A stretch of 64,000 bases of DNA from Narcine bancroftii. Lineage: Eukaryota. Shown piece by piece: positions 1 to 12,505 of the stretch. The first letter of the stretch is position 1. The number at the start of each line of letters is the position of its first letter. The stretch spans positions 3,906,001 through 3,970,000 of the forward strand of contig NC_091480.1 in assembly GCF_036971445.1 (NCBI RefSeq), in the 5' to 3' direction. Below the pieces are notes generated by a model. That model saw only the letters and a list, made by a program, of their open reading frames with translations, was not told the origin of the DNA and ran no database searches. The translations under genes and the position numbers were made by a program.

Positions 1-39
1 GGCACATAACACTATGTAAAATAAAATTTGACCTCCCTT

Positions 40-550
40 CCTCCTTTCTCCCCCCAACACCCCACACTTTAAATGCATGTCCCCTAGTGAGACATCTTTA
101 TCCCTGAGGAAAAGATTCTAATCATCCACCCTCTCATTGCTGCTCATTACTTTATAAACTTCTATCAGGTCTCCCAATACTCCAGAGAGAACAGTCTGTC
201 CAACCCCTCCCTGTTGCTCAGACCTCTAAGCAGCATTCAGGTAAATCTCTTCTGTACCTTTTCCAAAGCCTACACATCCTCCCTGTAATGGGGGCAATCA
301 GAATTCCACACAACACTCCATGTGCGGCCCAACCAAAGTTTTATATAGCTGCAATGCGACAACCCTCCATCCAGTGATGTCACGCATTCCATGTACTTGT
401 TTCAACCCTCTCTGCGTATGTGGTAATTTTCATGGTACTTTCGACCTATACATCAATGTTTTTAAGAGTTCTGCCATTATACTTTTCCCTTACATTTGAC
501 CTCCCAAAGTGCAGCAGCTCATATTTGTCTGGATAAAACGCCACCTGCCA
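40..550 (-). mobile_element. Degraded CR1 LINE 3' fragment
   Basis: Antisense similarity to the RT 3' region of the CR1 at 6880-7700 (e.g. cagaattccacacaacactcc, aaatctcttctgtacc). Confidence 0.65.
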
Positions 551-891
551 AATAGAAACAAAAAATAGGTGCAGGCCCTTCAAGACGACCACTATTCAAT
601 ATAATCGTGGCTGCCCTTCCCTCATTTTACTATTCTCTGCCTTAAATCCTGTGCCATATTTCTGATCAGCTCATTACAGTCACAAGGATCACATCTTTGT
701 CAAATTTCATGGCCCTTTGGGTTTCGATATCTTGGATGATGATCCCTGGGAGGTATTACAAAAGTAAACCTGGTCCTTTCCCTCTGGGAAAATGAGAAGT
801 GATCGCCACCAAATGCACAAAATTCTTCACAGGGTAGATGTCGGCAGGATGTTGCACCGTGTTTGACCAACTATTATTTTTATCTTCACAG

Positions 892-1379
892 ATGCGAATT
901 CATCCCCTGCACTGACGCAACACTGTAGGCCAAACTGCGGTAGCCAGTTGTGCAGCTTCCCATTCAATTCCGGTGTTCCCAGGGGAGGAAGCGATGACTC
1001 CGCAGAAACGCAGAGGGTTGAGCCCGGAGCCTCCAGCACACCACCCCAGGGTCTGAAACATGACATTAATGCTTGTCCTAGTGACACTGAGGAGGAACAT
1101 CTTAAAGGAGTTCTGAGGTAAGAGCCTAGGTTTAAGTTTAATTTTACGGTCTCTGAGGCAGATGCTGATGTTGACCAAACAGGATGGTCGAGGCTGGAGC
1201 CTGCACAAAGTGAACAGCTTGAGGATTTTGAATGTTCTGCTTCCAAACCCTTGCAAAAAAAGAAAAGTAAAACCCGGAAGAACAAACCTGCAGCTGGACT
1301 GAGAGATCAGAAGAAGCTGAGCCACAACAGTCAGGGGGAAGAGGTGAACTCTGCAAGTCTAAAGCAGGAACACAGCCTG
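892..1379 (+). CDS. C8orf33: UPF0488/C8orf33 homolog, probable internal exon (low-complexity N-terminal region; in-frame TAA at 1119-1121)
   Basis: Acceptor ttttatcttcacag at 891 and donor CTG|GTATGG at 1380. The frame reads ...EPRFKFNFTVSEADAD...KKKSKTRKNK...KQEHSL and joins in phase 0 to the 6298 exon. The 5' boundary is uncertain because of the stop; upstream exons are not identified and probably lie outside the window. Confidence 0.55.
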
Positions 1380-2559
1380 GTATGGAAACTGGCGTATGGC
1401 CCAAGGAACCGCTGGTAACAACTCGTGGGGAAGGAGGTGCATGGGTGCTCCAGGCTTACACCACTTACTGATTGACCCAGTCAATGAGTTCATTGTAGCC
1501 CAGAATAATGAAACACAAAGGAAGGCTTGCATTCCTATAGTACCTTTCACATCTCATTCACAGAGGCTCAATGAGCTTTAAATCCGACATGCAAACTGCT
1601 GCAGGTTCTGTAAATCGGAAATGTAAACTGAAAAATTGCTGTAAAGGAGTAGGAGTAGTATCAAGGGGTATGGGCCATACATACACAAGTAATGAGACTA
1701 GCTTGGGGAGACACTTTGGCATGCATGTTGGGCCAAAGGGTACGTCCCTGCTGTAAAACGTATGATTAAATATTCAGGTATCTGCTAACATCGGCAGAGA
1801 AAGAAAGTTAAGGTTTTGATCAGAGCAGAATAAAATTTAAAATAAGTTGTTTTTAAATTGTAGAGAAAGTGAGGAGGAAGAGGGAAACTAGATGTGACGT
1901 GTGGGTGGTGCCAGCTAAGAGAGTGAGGGTATGCGCAGAGGGAGTAGATCCTCTCCAGATGTCTCTGCCATCTCATCTTCCCTACCCCCATGCACCATCC
2001 CAGACCTTCAATCCTGGGTTGCTCACTTTTGATGGAGACCACCAACCTGAAGCATTCCCATTTCTCTCCACTGATGCTGTCTGACCAGCTGTGCATTAGC
2101 TGCTGGTTTTGCTTTTAAACAACACATGGATTTCTGAGTGCGGTCACTTTCATGGGAAAGTGTTTGATTGGCCAAGACTATCACAGGCCAAATAGTGACC
2201 ATTATCTCAACCTCATTCTGTTGCAAGAAATTTAAGTACATCAGGCCACTCTGATGGACTTGTTTTAAAATAGGTTGGTGGGACATGCAGATGACTTAGT
2301 AACATAAAGTAGAGGGGTTGACTGTAAGTTAGCTGATGACACAATAATTGGACTTGTTGATAGCACAGAAGACCATTGCAGATAAGAGCAGAAGTTGACC
2401 ACCTGGCCCGTCGAGCCTGCTCTGCCATTCACTAATGTCATGGGTGACCTGACCATGGGCTCTGCTCCATAACCTGTAATTTCTGATGATGCAAAAATCT
2501 GTCAAACTGTCCCTATAATATATTCAGTGAATCAACCCTTTGCTGCTTCCTTGGAGAGA

Positions 2560-3560
2560 GAATTCCACAAATTCCTCTCTCTGATGAAAGCAGTTTCTCC
2601 ACATCTCTATCCTTAGCCTCAACATTCGAGTTGTATGTCCTCTAGTTCTAGTCGCACTCACCAGTGGAAACAACTTTCCTGTCTATCTTATGTATCCATA
2701 GAATGCTACAGCACAGAAAACAGGCAATTTGGCCTCTCTAGTTTGTTCTGACCATCATCTCATTAGTCCCATTGACCTGCTCCCATTCCATAACCCTCCA
2801 AACTTCTTCCATCCATGTATCTATCCAATTTATTCTTAAAACAAGATCGAGGCCGCATTCACCACATCATATGGCAGCTCATTCCACACCCACTACCCTC
2901 TGAGTGAAGAACTTCTCCCTTCAGTTTAAAACTATAAGTGCTCATACTTATCTTCCCCACCCAATCTAAGTGGAAAAAGCCTATTCATGTCCATTCTGCC
3001 TATACGTCTCATAATCTTGTAAACCTCAATTAAATCTCCCCTCATTCATCTTCGCTCCAAGGAATAAAGTCTTAACCTGTTTAATCTTTCCCTGTAACTC
3101 ATCTGAAGACCCAGCAACATCCAAGTAAATCTCTGCAGTCTTTCAATCTTATTAATATCCTTCCTGTAGTTAGGTGCCCAGAACTGTACACAATATTCCA
3201 AATTTGGCCTCTCTAATGTCTTTCCCTTTCATTATTTTACATATTTTTATGAGGTCACCACTCATTCTTTTGAATTTCAGTAAGTCGAGTCCCGGAAGAC
3301 TGAATCTCCTCATAGACTAACCCCTCATCTCTGGAAACACCTTGGTGAACCTCCTCTTCACCACCTCTAAAGTGAGTCTTATTCTCTATCCAGTAAGGAG
3401 ACAAGAACTGCACGTAGTACTCCAGGTGCAGCCTCCGTTCCAGCAGAATCTCCTTGCTCTTAAATTCAATCCCTCCAGCAATGAAGACCACCATATCATT
3501 TGCTTTCTTGATCACTGTTAGACCTGCAAATTAAGCTTTTGTGATTCAAGAAGAAGATGG
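2560..3560 (-). mobile_element. Cluster of CR1 3' fragments
   Basis: ORF 3255-3515 (IKKANDMVVFIAGGIEFKSKE..LEYYVQFLSPY) is CR1 ORF2 C-terminus; CR1 3' UTR-like sequence near 2700. Confidence 0.7.
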
Positions 3561-3619
3561 ACTTCTAAGTCCATCTGGACAACAGCATTGTGGTCATAGT
3601 GAGGAAGGTTGTTGAAGTG

Positions 3620-4655
3620 GGTTGGAAAGATAAGGAGGTCCTGCAAGGAGAGCTCAGGGAGTTAGGTGCTAGGTTGGCGGACAAGACCTCCAGAGATGTG
3701 ATCTCAGGATTGCTGCCCATGCCATATTATGGAGGATAATGCATTTTAACACGTGGCTAAAGACATGGTACAAGGGGAGAGTTTCAGCTTTCTGGATCGT
3801 TGGGCTTTCTTCCAGGGCAGGTAGGGCCTGTTCTGACAGGTTGGTTAGCATCTGAATTGGTGGGGGACTACTATACGGGAAAGTTTGCTAGTGCTGCTCC
3901 GATTAGTTTAATCTAGATTTGCAGAGGAATGGAAACCAGAGCAAATAGGAGTGGAGGAGGATAAAGATGATGTGAAAATTGTATGTTCACTTTGAAGTCA
4001 ACAGGTTGCGTGTGGTGGAAATGCTTCTATTTCTTTTTTTTTTTAATTTTTTATTTTTCACACTATAAACCACATTGATCAAGATACATACATTTTTCTT
4101 TTCAAATATATACAGTGTCGTTTTCTCCCCTCCCACCCTCCCTACCTCCCCTCCCATTCATTTAAAGTTCAGAATCTAAGATACAGGTGCTTCTATTTCA
4201 ATGCAAGGAGTATTATAGGAAAGGCAGACGAGCTTAGAGCATGGATTGGCACGTGGAATTATGTCATTGTAGCCATTAGTAAAACTTGGTTGTAGGAGGG
4301 CCAGGACTGGTAACTCAATGCTCCAGGCTTTTGTTGCTTTAGACGTGATAGAATGGTGGGGATGAAATGGGAAATTGCTTGTCAGGGAAATTAACACAGC
4401 TGTGCTCAGGCAGGACACATCAGAGGGCTCGTCTACTGAGGCTATATGAGTGGAGCTGAGGAACGGGAACATAATGACCACACTCATGGGGTTGTATTAT
4501 AGACCAAATAGTCAAAGAGAATTGGAGGAGAAAATCTCCAGAGATAGCAAACTGCTGCAGGAAACACAAGGTTGTGATAGTAAGGGTTTTTAATTTTCCA
4601 CATACTGACTGGGTCTCCCACATTGTAAAAGGGCTGGAGTTTGTCAAATGCCCCC
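3620..4655 (+). mobile_element. Degraded CR1 fragment (ORF1 esterase end + endonuclease start), interrupted at 4034-4187
   Basis: VISGLLP-like sequence near 3700; CFYFNARSIIGKADELRAWI from about 4188; FNFPHTDW near 4590. Confidence 0.75.
4034..4187 (-). mobile_element. 5'-truncated poly(A) retroposon insertion with 12-bp target-site duplication
   Basis: Poly-T at 4034+ with a minus-strand AATAAA. TGCTTCTATTTC is duplicated at 4022-4033 and 4188-4199. Confidence 0.8.
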
Positions 4656-4659
4656 AGAT

Positions 4660-5530
4660 GAAACATAGAAGCTCCCTCATCCTCACCTACCACCCCAACA
4701 GCCTCTGCATCCAATGCATCTGCCAGAATTTCCATCACTTACTACAGGATCCCTGCACCAGATACAGTTTTCCTTCTCCTCCCCTCTCTGTCTTCCGCAG
4801 AAGACCACGATTCCTTCGTGGACTCATCCTTCCCCACCCATCGCACCCCTGGCATCTTACCCTGTGCCCACACCTCCTCCATCACCATGGTCTGGGGCCC
4901 AAAACAGGCCTTTCACATGAAGCAACACTTGTACATCCAGAGTTCTTATTTACTGCATCCGGTGCTCCTTTTGTGGCCTTCTTCACATTGGAGAGACCAG
5001 TTGCAGACTGGGAGAAGCACCTCTGCTCCGTTTGCAATCACAGTGACCTCCCAGTGGCCAAACATTTCAATTCTGGGTCACACTCCTTGGTTCACATCTG
5101 TTCATGGCCTTGTGTACCACCCTGACCATCCACAGACTGGTGGAACAGCACCTTATTTTCCAGCTGGGCACCCTCCAGCCACATGGCATGAACACCGACT
5201 TTACTGCGTTCCATTACACCTGCTGCCTTCCTCCTCTCCCTTTCCTGTCCTTCCACTTTTCACCCACACAGCCCAGCCACCCCCCCCCATCGCTGTCCCC
5301 TCCCTATTATCTCCGACTTTGCCTTTCCCCTCCCCCTCCCCCTCCTACCCTTTTGTTTCAGATGCTTGCTGACATTTTCTCAAACTTTGATGAAGGGCTC
5401 AAGCCCAAAATGTCATGTATGCATCTTTGCCTTTGCTACATAAAGGACATTTGCTACATAAAGGACAGTTCTCCAGCATTTTGTGTTTTTACTTCAACCA
5501 CGGTATCCACAGAATTTTGTGATTTTCTTT
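4660..5530 (+). mobile_element. Penelope-like element 3' fragment (GIY-YIG endonuclease remnant + terminal repeat)
   Basis: LILTYHPNSL, IGET-like codons near 4987, DLPVAKHFN and EQHLIFQLGTLQPHGMNTDF, typical of the Penelope/Poseidon C-terminus. Followed by a degenerate hammerhead-like motif at 5387-5415. Confidence 0.8.
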
Positions 5531-6297
5531 TTCCACTGAGGGTAAGTGAGGACGAGTTAAGAATGAAAGGGGAAAGGTTTAGGGGGAACTTCTTCATACA
5601 GAGAGTGGTGGGAGTGTGGAAAGAGCTGCCAGATGAGGTGATGAATCCAGGCTCAATTTTAAAATTGAAGAAGAATTTTGACAGGTACCTGGATGGGAGA
5701 GGTATTGGACTGAGCACAGGTCAGTGAGACGAGGCAAAAAAAAGGTTCAGCACAGGCTAGAATGGCCGAAGGGGCCCGTTTCTGTGCTGTAATGTTCTAT
5801 GATTCTAAGGTACACCTGGATGTAGATCAGGTGGAGATATGGGTGTGAAATAATAGATGGAATTTGATCCCGACAAACATGAGGTGTTGCTGTATGATAG
5901 GTTACATGTAAGAGGAAAGTGAACAGCAAATGGCAGGGACCTGTGGATGCACTGATGTACAGAGGGATGTTTGGTACAAGTCATAGTGCATGCAACACCA
6001 GTAGAAAGGGTGGGACGTAGACATATGGCATAATTGGGCACAGTGGGCATACTCTGACCCACAATGTACTTATGTGGGCGTGATGTGATCCACTTTATTG
6101 TTGTGCTGGTATTCCAGCCAATGAAAGATGATTAGCATCAACTGGAATATCAAATAGATTATAATACAATAAAACACATATGATAGAAAACGCACAATAA
6201 ATCAGGTACAATACAAACGTGGAACGGACAGGTCTGCTGTTGTGCATTGGATAGAGCTTGGTTGTATTGCTGTAATATTTCCTGTCTCCTCTTGCAG

Positions 6298-6388
6298 TCT
6301 CAAGAAGAACAGCTCCAACGAGAAGTGGACTGGTGCATCGAGCAGCTTGATCTGGGCCTGCGCTCACAGAAGGCCAATCGGAAACAAG
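6298..6388 (+). CDS. C8orf33: UPF0488/C8orf33 homolog exon
   Basis: ctcctcttgcag|TCT...CAA G|GTATG. Encodes SQEEQLQREVDWCIEQLDLGLRSQKANRKQ, the conserved UPF0488 WC-EQL-LGL motif. Confidence 0.9.
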
Positions 6389-6879
6389 GTATGTTCACAT
6401 CTAGCCTGGTGGGCTCATTGCACTGGTGGCTTGACCTCTGTCTGCAAAGCTTCCCTTTCCAGGCAACGTTCCCCACGTGCCACAGCGAATCTGCAGTCAC
6501 TGAGGGGCCCCCATCCATTCCAGTATCAGAAGAGAGGAAGGTTTAGGGGAGACATCAGGTAAGTTTTTGACAGAGAGTTAGAACATAGAACTCTACAGCA
6601 CAGGACAGGCCCTTCAGCCCTCATTGTGCCTACCCATGTTTTCCTTAAAAGTACTAACCCTTCCTATCCTGTATCCCTTTATTTTTCTTTCATCCAAGTG
6701 CCTATCTAGAATTCTCTTAAATGACCCCAATGTTTAAGCCTCCACCACTATCCCTGGCAAGACATTCCAGGCATTAAAAAAAACACCCCTGATATCTCCC
6801 CTAAACTTCCCTCCCTTCACTTTATACATATGTCCTCTAGTGTTTGCTGATCCACCCCTGGGAAACAGGTACTGGCTGT

Positions 6880-9725
6880 TAACATAACATATAACAATTA
6901 CAGCACGGAAACAGGCCATTAGGCCCTTCTAGTCCGCACCGAACCAAACACCCCTTTCTAGTCCCACCTCCCTGCACAATGCCCATAACCCTCCATCTTC
7001 TTCTCATCCATATACCTGTCCAACCTTTTCTTAAATAATACAATTGACTCCGCCGCCACTATTTCTCCCGGAAGCTCATTCCACACGGCTACCACTCTCT
7101 GAGTAAAGAAGTTCCCCCTCATGTTACCTCTAAACCTCTGCCCCTTAATTCTTAACTCATGTCCTCTTGTTTTAATCTTTCCTCCTCTTAACGGAAATAG
7201 TCTATCCACATCCACTCTGTCTATCCCTTTCATAATCTTAAATACTTCTATCAAATCCCCTCTCAACCTTCTACGCTCCAAAGAATAAAGACCTAATCTG
7301 TCCAATCTCTCCCTATACTCTAGATGCTTAAACCCAGGTAACATTCTGGTAAACCTTCTCTGCACTCTCTCCACTCTGTTTATATCCTTCCTATAATTAG
7401 GCGACCAGAACTGCACACAGAACTCCAAATTAGGCCGCACCAACGTCTTATACAGTCTCAACATCACCTCCCAACTCCTATATTCCATCCAATGATTGAT
7501 AAAGGCCAGCATACTAAAAGCCTTCTTCACCACCCTATTCACGTGAGTTTCTACCTTCAGGGAACGATGTACCGTTACTCCTAAATCTTTCTGCTCTTCT
7601 GTATTCATCAATGCTCTCCCATTTACCACATATGTCCTGTTCTGATTCTTCTTACCAAAATTAAGCACCTCACACTTATCAGCATTAAATTCCATCTGCC
7701 ATTTTTCAGCCCACTTTTCTAAGCAGCCCAAATCCCTCTGCAATCCTTGAAAACCTTCTTCATTATCCACTATTCCACCTATCTTAGTATCGTCTGCATA
7801 TTTACTAATCCAATTCACCACCCCATCATCTAGATCATTAATGTATATAACGAACAACAATGGGCCCAATATAGATCCTTGAGGCACACTACTGGTCACC
7901 GGCCTCCAACCTGACAGACAATTATCCACTACCACTCCCTTTCAGCCAATGTTCAATCCATTTGACTATCTCAAAATTTATACCTAAAGACTGCACCTTC
8001 CTAACTAACCTTCCATGTGGTACCTTATCGAAGGCCTTACTGAAGTCCATATAGACAACATCCACTGTGCTACCCTCATCCACATTCCTAGTCACCTCTT
8101 CAAAAAATTCAATCAGATTGGTCAAACATGACCTTCCTCCCACAAATCCATGTTGAGTGCTCCTGATCAGACCCTGTCTATCCAGATGTTTATAAGTACT
8201 ATCTCTAAGAATTTTGATCACTGGACCCAAAGTGCTCGCCAACACTAACCTCCGTCACTTGACCCATCCCATTTGCCAACAGTAGATCTAACACTGCTCC
8301 TTCTCTGGTCGGCACCTCTACATATTGTTGTAAAAAACTATCTTGCACACATTTCACAAACTCTTACCCATCCAGTCCTTTCACAGAATGTGTTTCCCAA
8401 TCTATATGTGGAAAATTAAAATCTCCCATAATTACAACCCTGTGCTTATCACAAATATCTATTATCTCCCTACAGATTTGCTCCTCTAGGTCTCGGTCCC
8501 CTCCGGGTGGTCTATAATACACCCCTACAAGTGTAATCTCTCCTTTCCTACTCCTCAGTTCCACCCAAATAGCCTCCGTGGATGTGCCCTCTAATCTATC
8601 CTTCCTAGGCACCGCTGTAATATTTTCCCTGACAAGCAATGCAACCCCACCTCCTCTTGCCCCTCCGACTCTATCTCACCTAAAACAACGAAACCCAGGG
8701 ATATTCAGTTGCCAATCACATCCCTCCTGCAACCATGTCTCACTAATCGCTACCACATCATACTTCCAAGTATCAATCCACACCTTCAGCTCATCCACCT
8801 TTTTTACAATACTCCTGGCATTAAAATATATGAATTTCAGAGTTTTCCCAATTTTTAATCCCTGTTTTCCCTCATCTTTAATAACAACATTATTTACTTT
8901 TCCTGCCAATTGTCCTTCATCTTCTTCCAGAGCATTTCCCTTCTCTATCACCTACCCATCCATATTCAAATACTTACTACAAACTTTCTTTGTTTGCATT
9001 CTAACCTTCTCCTTACTGCTCTGTACTATTTTTTTCCCTCCCCCCAACCATTCTAGTTTAAAGGATCCTGAGTAGCCCTAGCAAATACCTCTGCCAGGAT
9101 TCTGGTCCCCCTGGGATTTAAGTGTAACCCGTCCTTACTGTACAGGTCACATCTCCCCCAAAAAAGGTCCCAGTTATCCAGAAACTTAAAACCCTGCCCC
9201 TTACTCCACCCCTTCAGCCACGTGTTAATCCTCCACCTCATCCTATTTCTATTCACACTGTCACGTGGCACAGGGAGTAATCCAGAGATTACCCCCTTTG
9301 CGGTCCTTCTTTTTAACTCCCTACCTAACTGCCTGTACTCACTTTTTAGGACCTCTTCTCTAATTCTCCCTATGTCATTGGTACCTACATGTACCACGAC
9401 CTCTGGCTCCTGTCCCTCCCACTTTAGGATATCTGGGACACGAGCAGCAACATCCCGGACCCTGGCACCAGGGAGGCAAACCACCATCCGGTTCTCCTTG
9501 CTGCGTCCGCAGAATCCCCTATCCGTCCTCTTAACTATGGAGTCTCCTACCACAATTGCCCTCCTCTTCCTTTCCCTCCCTTTCTGAGCTACAGGGGCCG
9601 ACCTCGTGCCAGAGGCACAGCCACTGTCACTCCCCCCAACCTTGATGTCCCCCTCAACAGTGCTCAGAGGCGTACTTATTGCTGAGGGTTACATTCACAG
9701 GGCTCCTCTCTGGCACCTTACTTTT
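6880..9725 (-). mobile_element. Young, internally deleted CR1 LINE (esterase ORF1, APE endonuclease, RT)
   Basis: ORF1 SGNH motifs GDS, GTND, DGLHL (9053-9553). Endonuclease YFNARSI, SETWL, GDFN. RT MDFSKAFDKV, PQGSILGP, YADD. The C-terminal 325 aa are open; short tandem 3' tail near 6880-6895. Confidence 0.95.
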
Positions 9726-10853
9726 TTTTGTCCCTCTATTGCCTCTCATAATCTTGTAGACCTATCAAGTCTCCTCTCATCCTTCATTCCAAAGTAAATG
9801 TCCCAGTTCTGTTAGCTTTGCCTCATAAGACTTATTTTCCAATTCAGGCAACATCCTGGTAAATCTCTACACCCTCTCCATAGCTTCCATATCCTTCCTC
9901 TAATGAGGTGACCAGAACTGAACACTATATTCTAAGTGTGGTCTCACCAGAGATTTGTAGAGATGTAACATGGCCTCTCTACTCCTGAACTCAATCCCCC
10001 TGTTAATGAATCCCAGCATTCCATAGGCCTTCTTAACTCTCCTATCAACCTGTGCGGCGACCTTGAGGGATGGATGGATTTGGACTCCAAGGTCCCTCTG
10101 TTCACATTCTGAAATAACTGACCATTAACCCTGTTCTCAGCCTTCTGGTTTGACTTTTCATAATCAATGGGTGCCTGGAATGTGTTGCCAGGGATGGTGG
10201 TGGAGGCTGAAACATGAGCCACATTTAGGAAACTCATAGACACATGGATGGAAGAAAAATAGAGGCTTATGAGGCAGAAAAGGTTTCGAATTTTTGTTGG
10301 TAGGAATATACAGGTCAGCACAATATCGAGGGCCAAAGGGCTTGTATTTGTCTATAGAGTTCTATGTTGACCACCCTTTTTGCCCATGTCATTTTATATC
10401 CTGGTATCCGTCCATTTACTTACAAATGCTGTTCTTGCATCGGTGTTGGCTTGCCTTACCAGGGCCAGAATGCCAATGCAAAACATTTGATGTGTGCCTA
10501 GATTTCCTCGTATTCTCTCGGGTGTTTTTAATCAGTAACCTTAAACTCATATTGTCTGGTTACTGCCTCGTCCCACCTTCCGAAACCTTAAATCCAAATA
10601 CATGTGTACACACCCAATCAAGGGGGTGACTGAGTGGCTGGGTTTGTGGGCTCAGTGTGGCCTCTGACAAAGTTGAGTCTGTTCATGTAGCCTCATCTCA
10701 ACTATAACACACTTAGCTGGAGGGGTTGCCAGGAGCAACTTTCTGTCAGGCCAAACACTGCCCCAGTCTGGGTCTTGTGGTTTCCTGAGTGTGCACAATT
10801 GGGGCTGCCTGTCAAATGGGCAATGTGACACCCCTGGACACCTTGCCTTGCAG

Positions 10854-11000
10854 CTGCTGGCGCCCTTCATGCTGTCAGAACCCTGTGCAGCGACAAGGCG
10901 CCACTTGTAAAGAAGCGGCAGGTGATGAGATCCATCTTTGGAGACTACAGAAAGAAGATGGAGGAGGAAAGGCAGAGGCAGTTCAGACTGATGCTAGCAG
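10854..11000 (+). CDS. C8orf33: UPF0488/C8orf33 homolog exon
   Basis: ccttgcag|...GCAG|GTGAG, 147 nt, phase 1-1. Encodes AAGALHAVRTLCSDKAPLVKKRQVMRSIFGDYRKKMEEERQRQFRLMLA (KRQ.M...FGDYR motif). Confidence 0.92.
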
Positions 11001-11859
11001 GTGAGAGAGATGTGGTCAGCCACAGGGTGGAGGGAAGGGGGACAGAGCAGGCGGAAGGGAGCAAGCACCGATGTACCCATACAGAGGCACAACAGTTCAT
11101 GCTGCCCCCTGATCTGTGGCCTTCACAACTGTGGAGTTATCACAGAACAATACCACACAGGAACAGACTCTTCAACCTATCTGTGCTGAACGTGGTATAA
11201 AAATCCAACTAAAATTGTTGCTTGCTCTTGACCAATATCCTTCCATCCTTTATCCACATCTCAATAAGCTTCTTAAACCCTTATATCTGCTTCTACCTCT
11301 TACCCCTGGCAGCCCACTCCGGACGTGCTCCTATGTATATAAAAGAAATTGCCCCTCTCCTTTGAACATACTCCCCTCACCTTAAAGACATCCTATATTG
11401 CATTATCCTTTTACCCTGGGGAAACAAATACTGACTGTCCGCCTGATGGAAACCTCTCCTTATGATTTTATAAACCTCTATCAGTTCTCTCCTCAGCTTC
11501 TGACACTGAAGATAAAAAAAACCCATGTTTGTCCAACATCTCCTGTTACTCATCCTTCAATCCAGGCAGCATCCTGCTAAAGCTGTCCCCTTTCCAAAGC
11601 CACCACCACTTCCTGTAATGAATTTTCCTGGTGCTCTGGGTACCTCCCGTGATCCAAAGGCAAGCTGCTGGATTCATTGGCTGCTGTAAAATGTCCCATA
11701 GTGTGGGTTAACAAGAACAAACTTAAATTGCTGGGTATACAAGAACAGGACTGAAGGGCCGGTCCCCGCAGGGGTCAGCACAAATGGGATGGGTTGAGTG
11801 GCTTGCTCCTGAGTTATAAGTAAACTTTGTGGTGAGTACGATAGCGTGTTCTCGAGTTG

Positions 11860-12290
11860 TGTGAGGATGTGTGCGCAGCACGGGTGGAGTTGCACGCAGT
11901 GGGGCAGGGGCAGCGCAGGCAGATGTGTGCACGGGGTGGCATGGGCGGATGCGCGCACAGTGGATGGCGTGGACGGATGCACGCATGATGGGGTGGTGTG
12001 TATGGTGGGACGGTGTGCGGGCGAGGGCCATGTTTACGGTGCAGAGGTGCGCCTGGTGGGGCAGTGCACGCGGTGGGATGGTGCACGCAGTGGGGCGGTG
12101 TGCGTGCAGAAGTGCACAGAGGGGCAACGTGCAGGCAAAGATGCGCACGGTGGGGTGCTGTGCATGATGGGGCAGTGTGCACGGTGGGGTAGTGTGCATA
12201 ATAAAGCCATGTTTACGGTGTGGAGATGCGCACGGTGGGGCAGTGCACGCAGTGGGATGGTGCACACGGTGGGACGGTGTACGTGGATCT
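11860..12290. repeat. Degenerate G-rich minisatellite built from (GTGCACGGTGGGGCA)-like units
   Basis: Recurrent TGCAC/GGTGGG motifs and a duplicated GCCATGTTTACGGTG block (near 12027 and 12206). Confidence 0.75.
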
Positions 12291-12329
12291 TCATTGCCAG
12301 ATGAAGGATTGTCATTTCATTTCTTCCAG

Positions 12330-12505
12330 CCACAAAATCTGCCACCATTAAAGCAATTGGAACACAACCAAGGAGCCAAGTATTCAGGAAAACTACAAAT
12401 AAATTATCGAAAGTTGGCGCTCCCCCTACATCTGACCCCGTGAGTCCTGAGCGGATCACAGTTGACCCAGACGATCAGAGCTATTTCCAGTTTAACTTCT
12501 TCTGA
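12330..12505 (+). CDS. C8orf33: UPF0488/C8orf33 homolog last coding exon
   Basis: catttcttccag|CC ACA AAA..., ending DDQSYFQFNFF-TGA (family-typical FxFNFF C-terminus). AATAAA at 12574-12579. Confidence 0.9.

Noticed and set aside
11674-12459. His/Cys/Pro-rich ORFs on both strands
   Set aside because: Products of a low-complexity TGCAC repeat.
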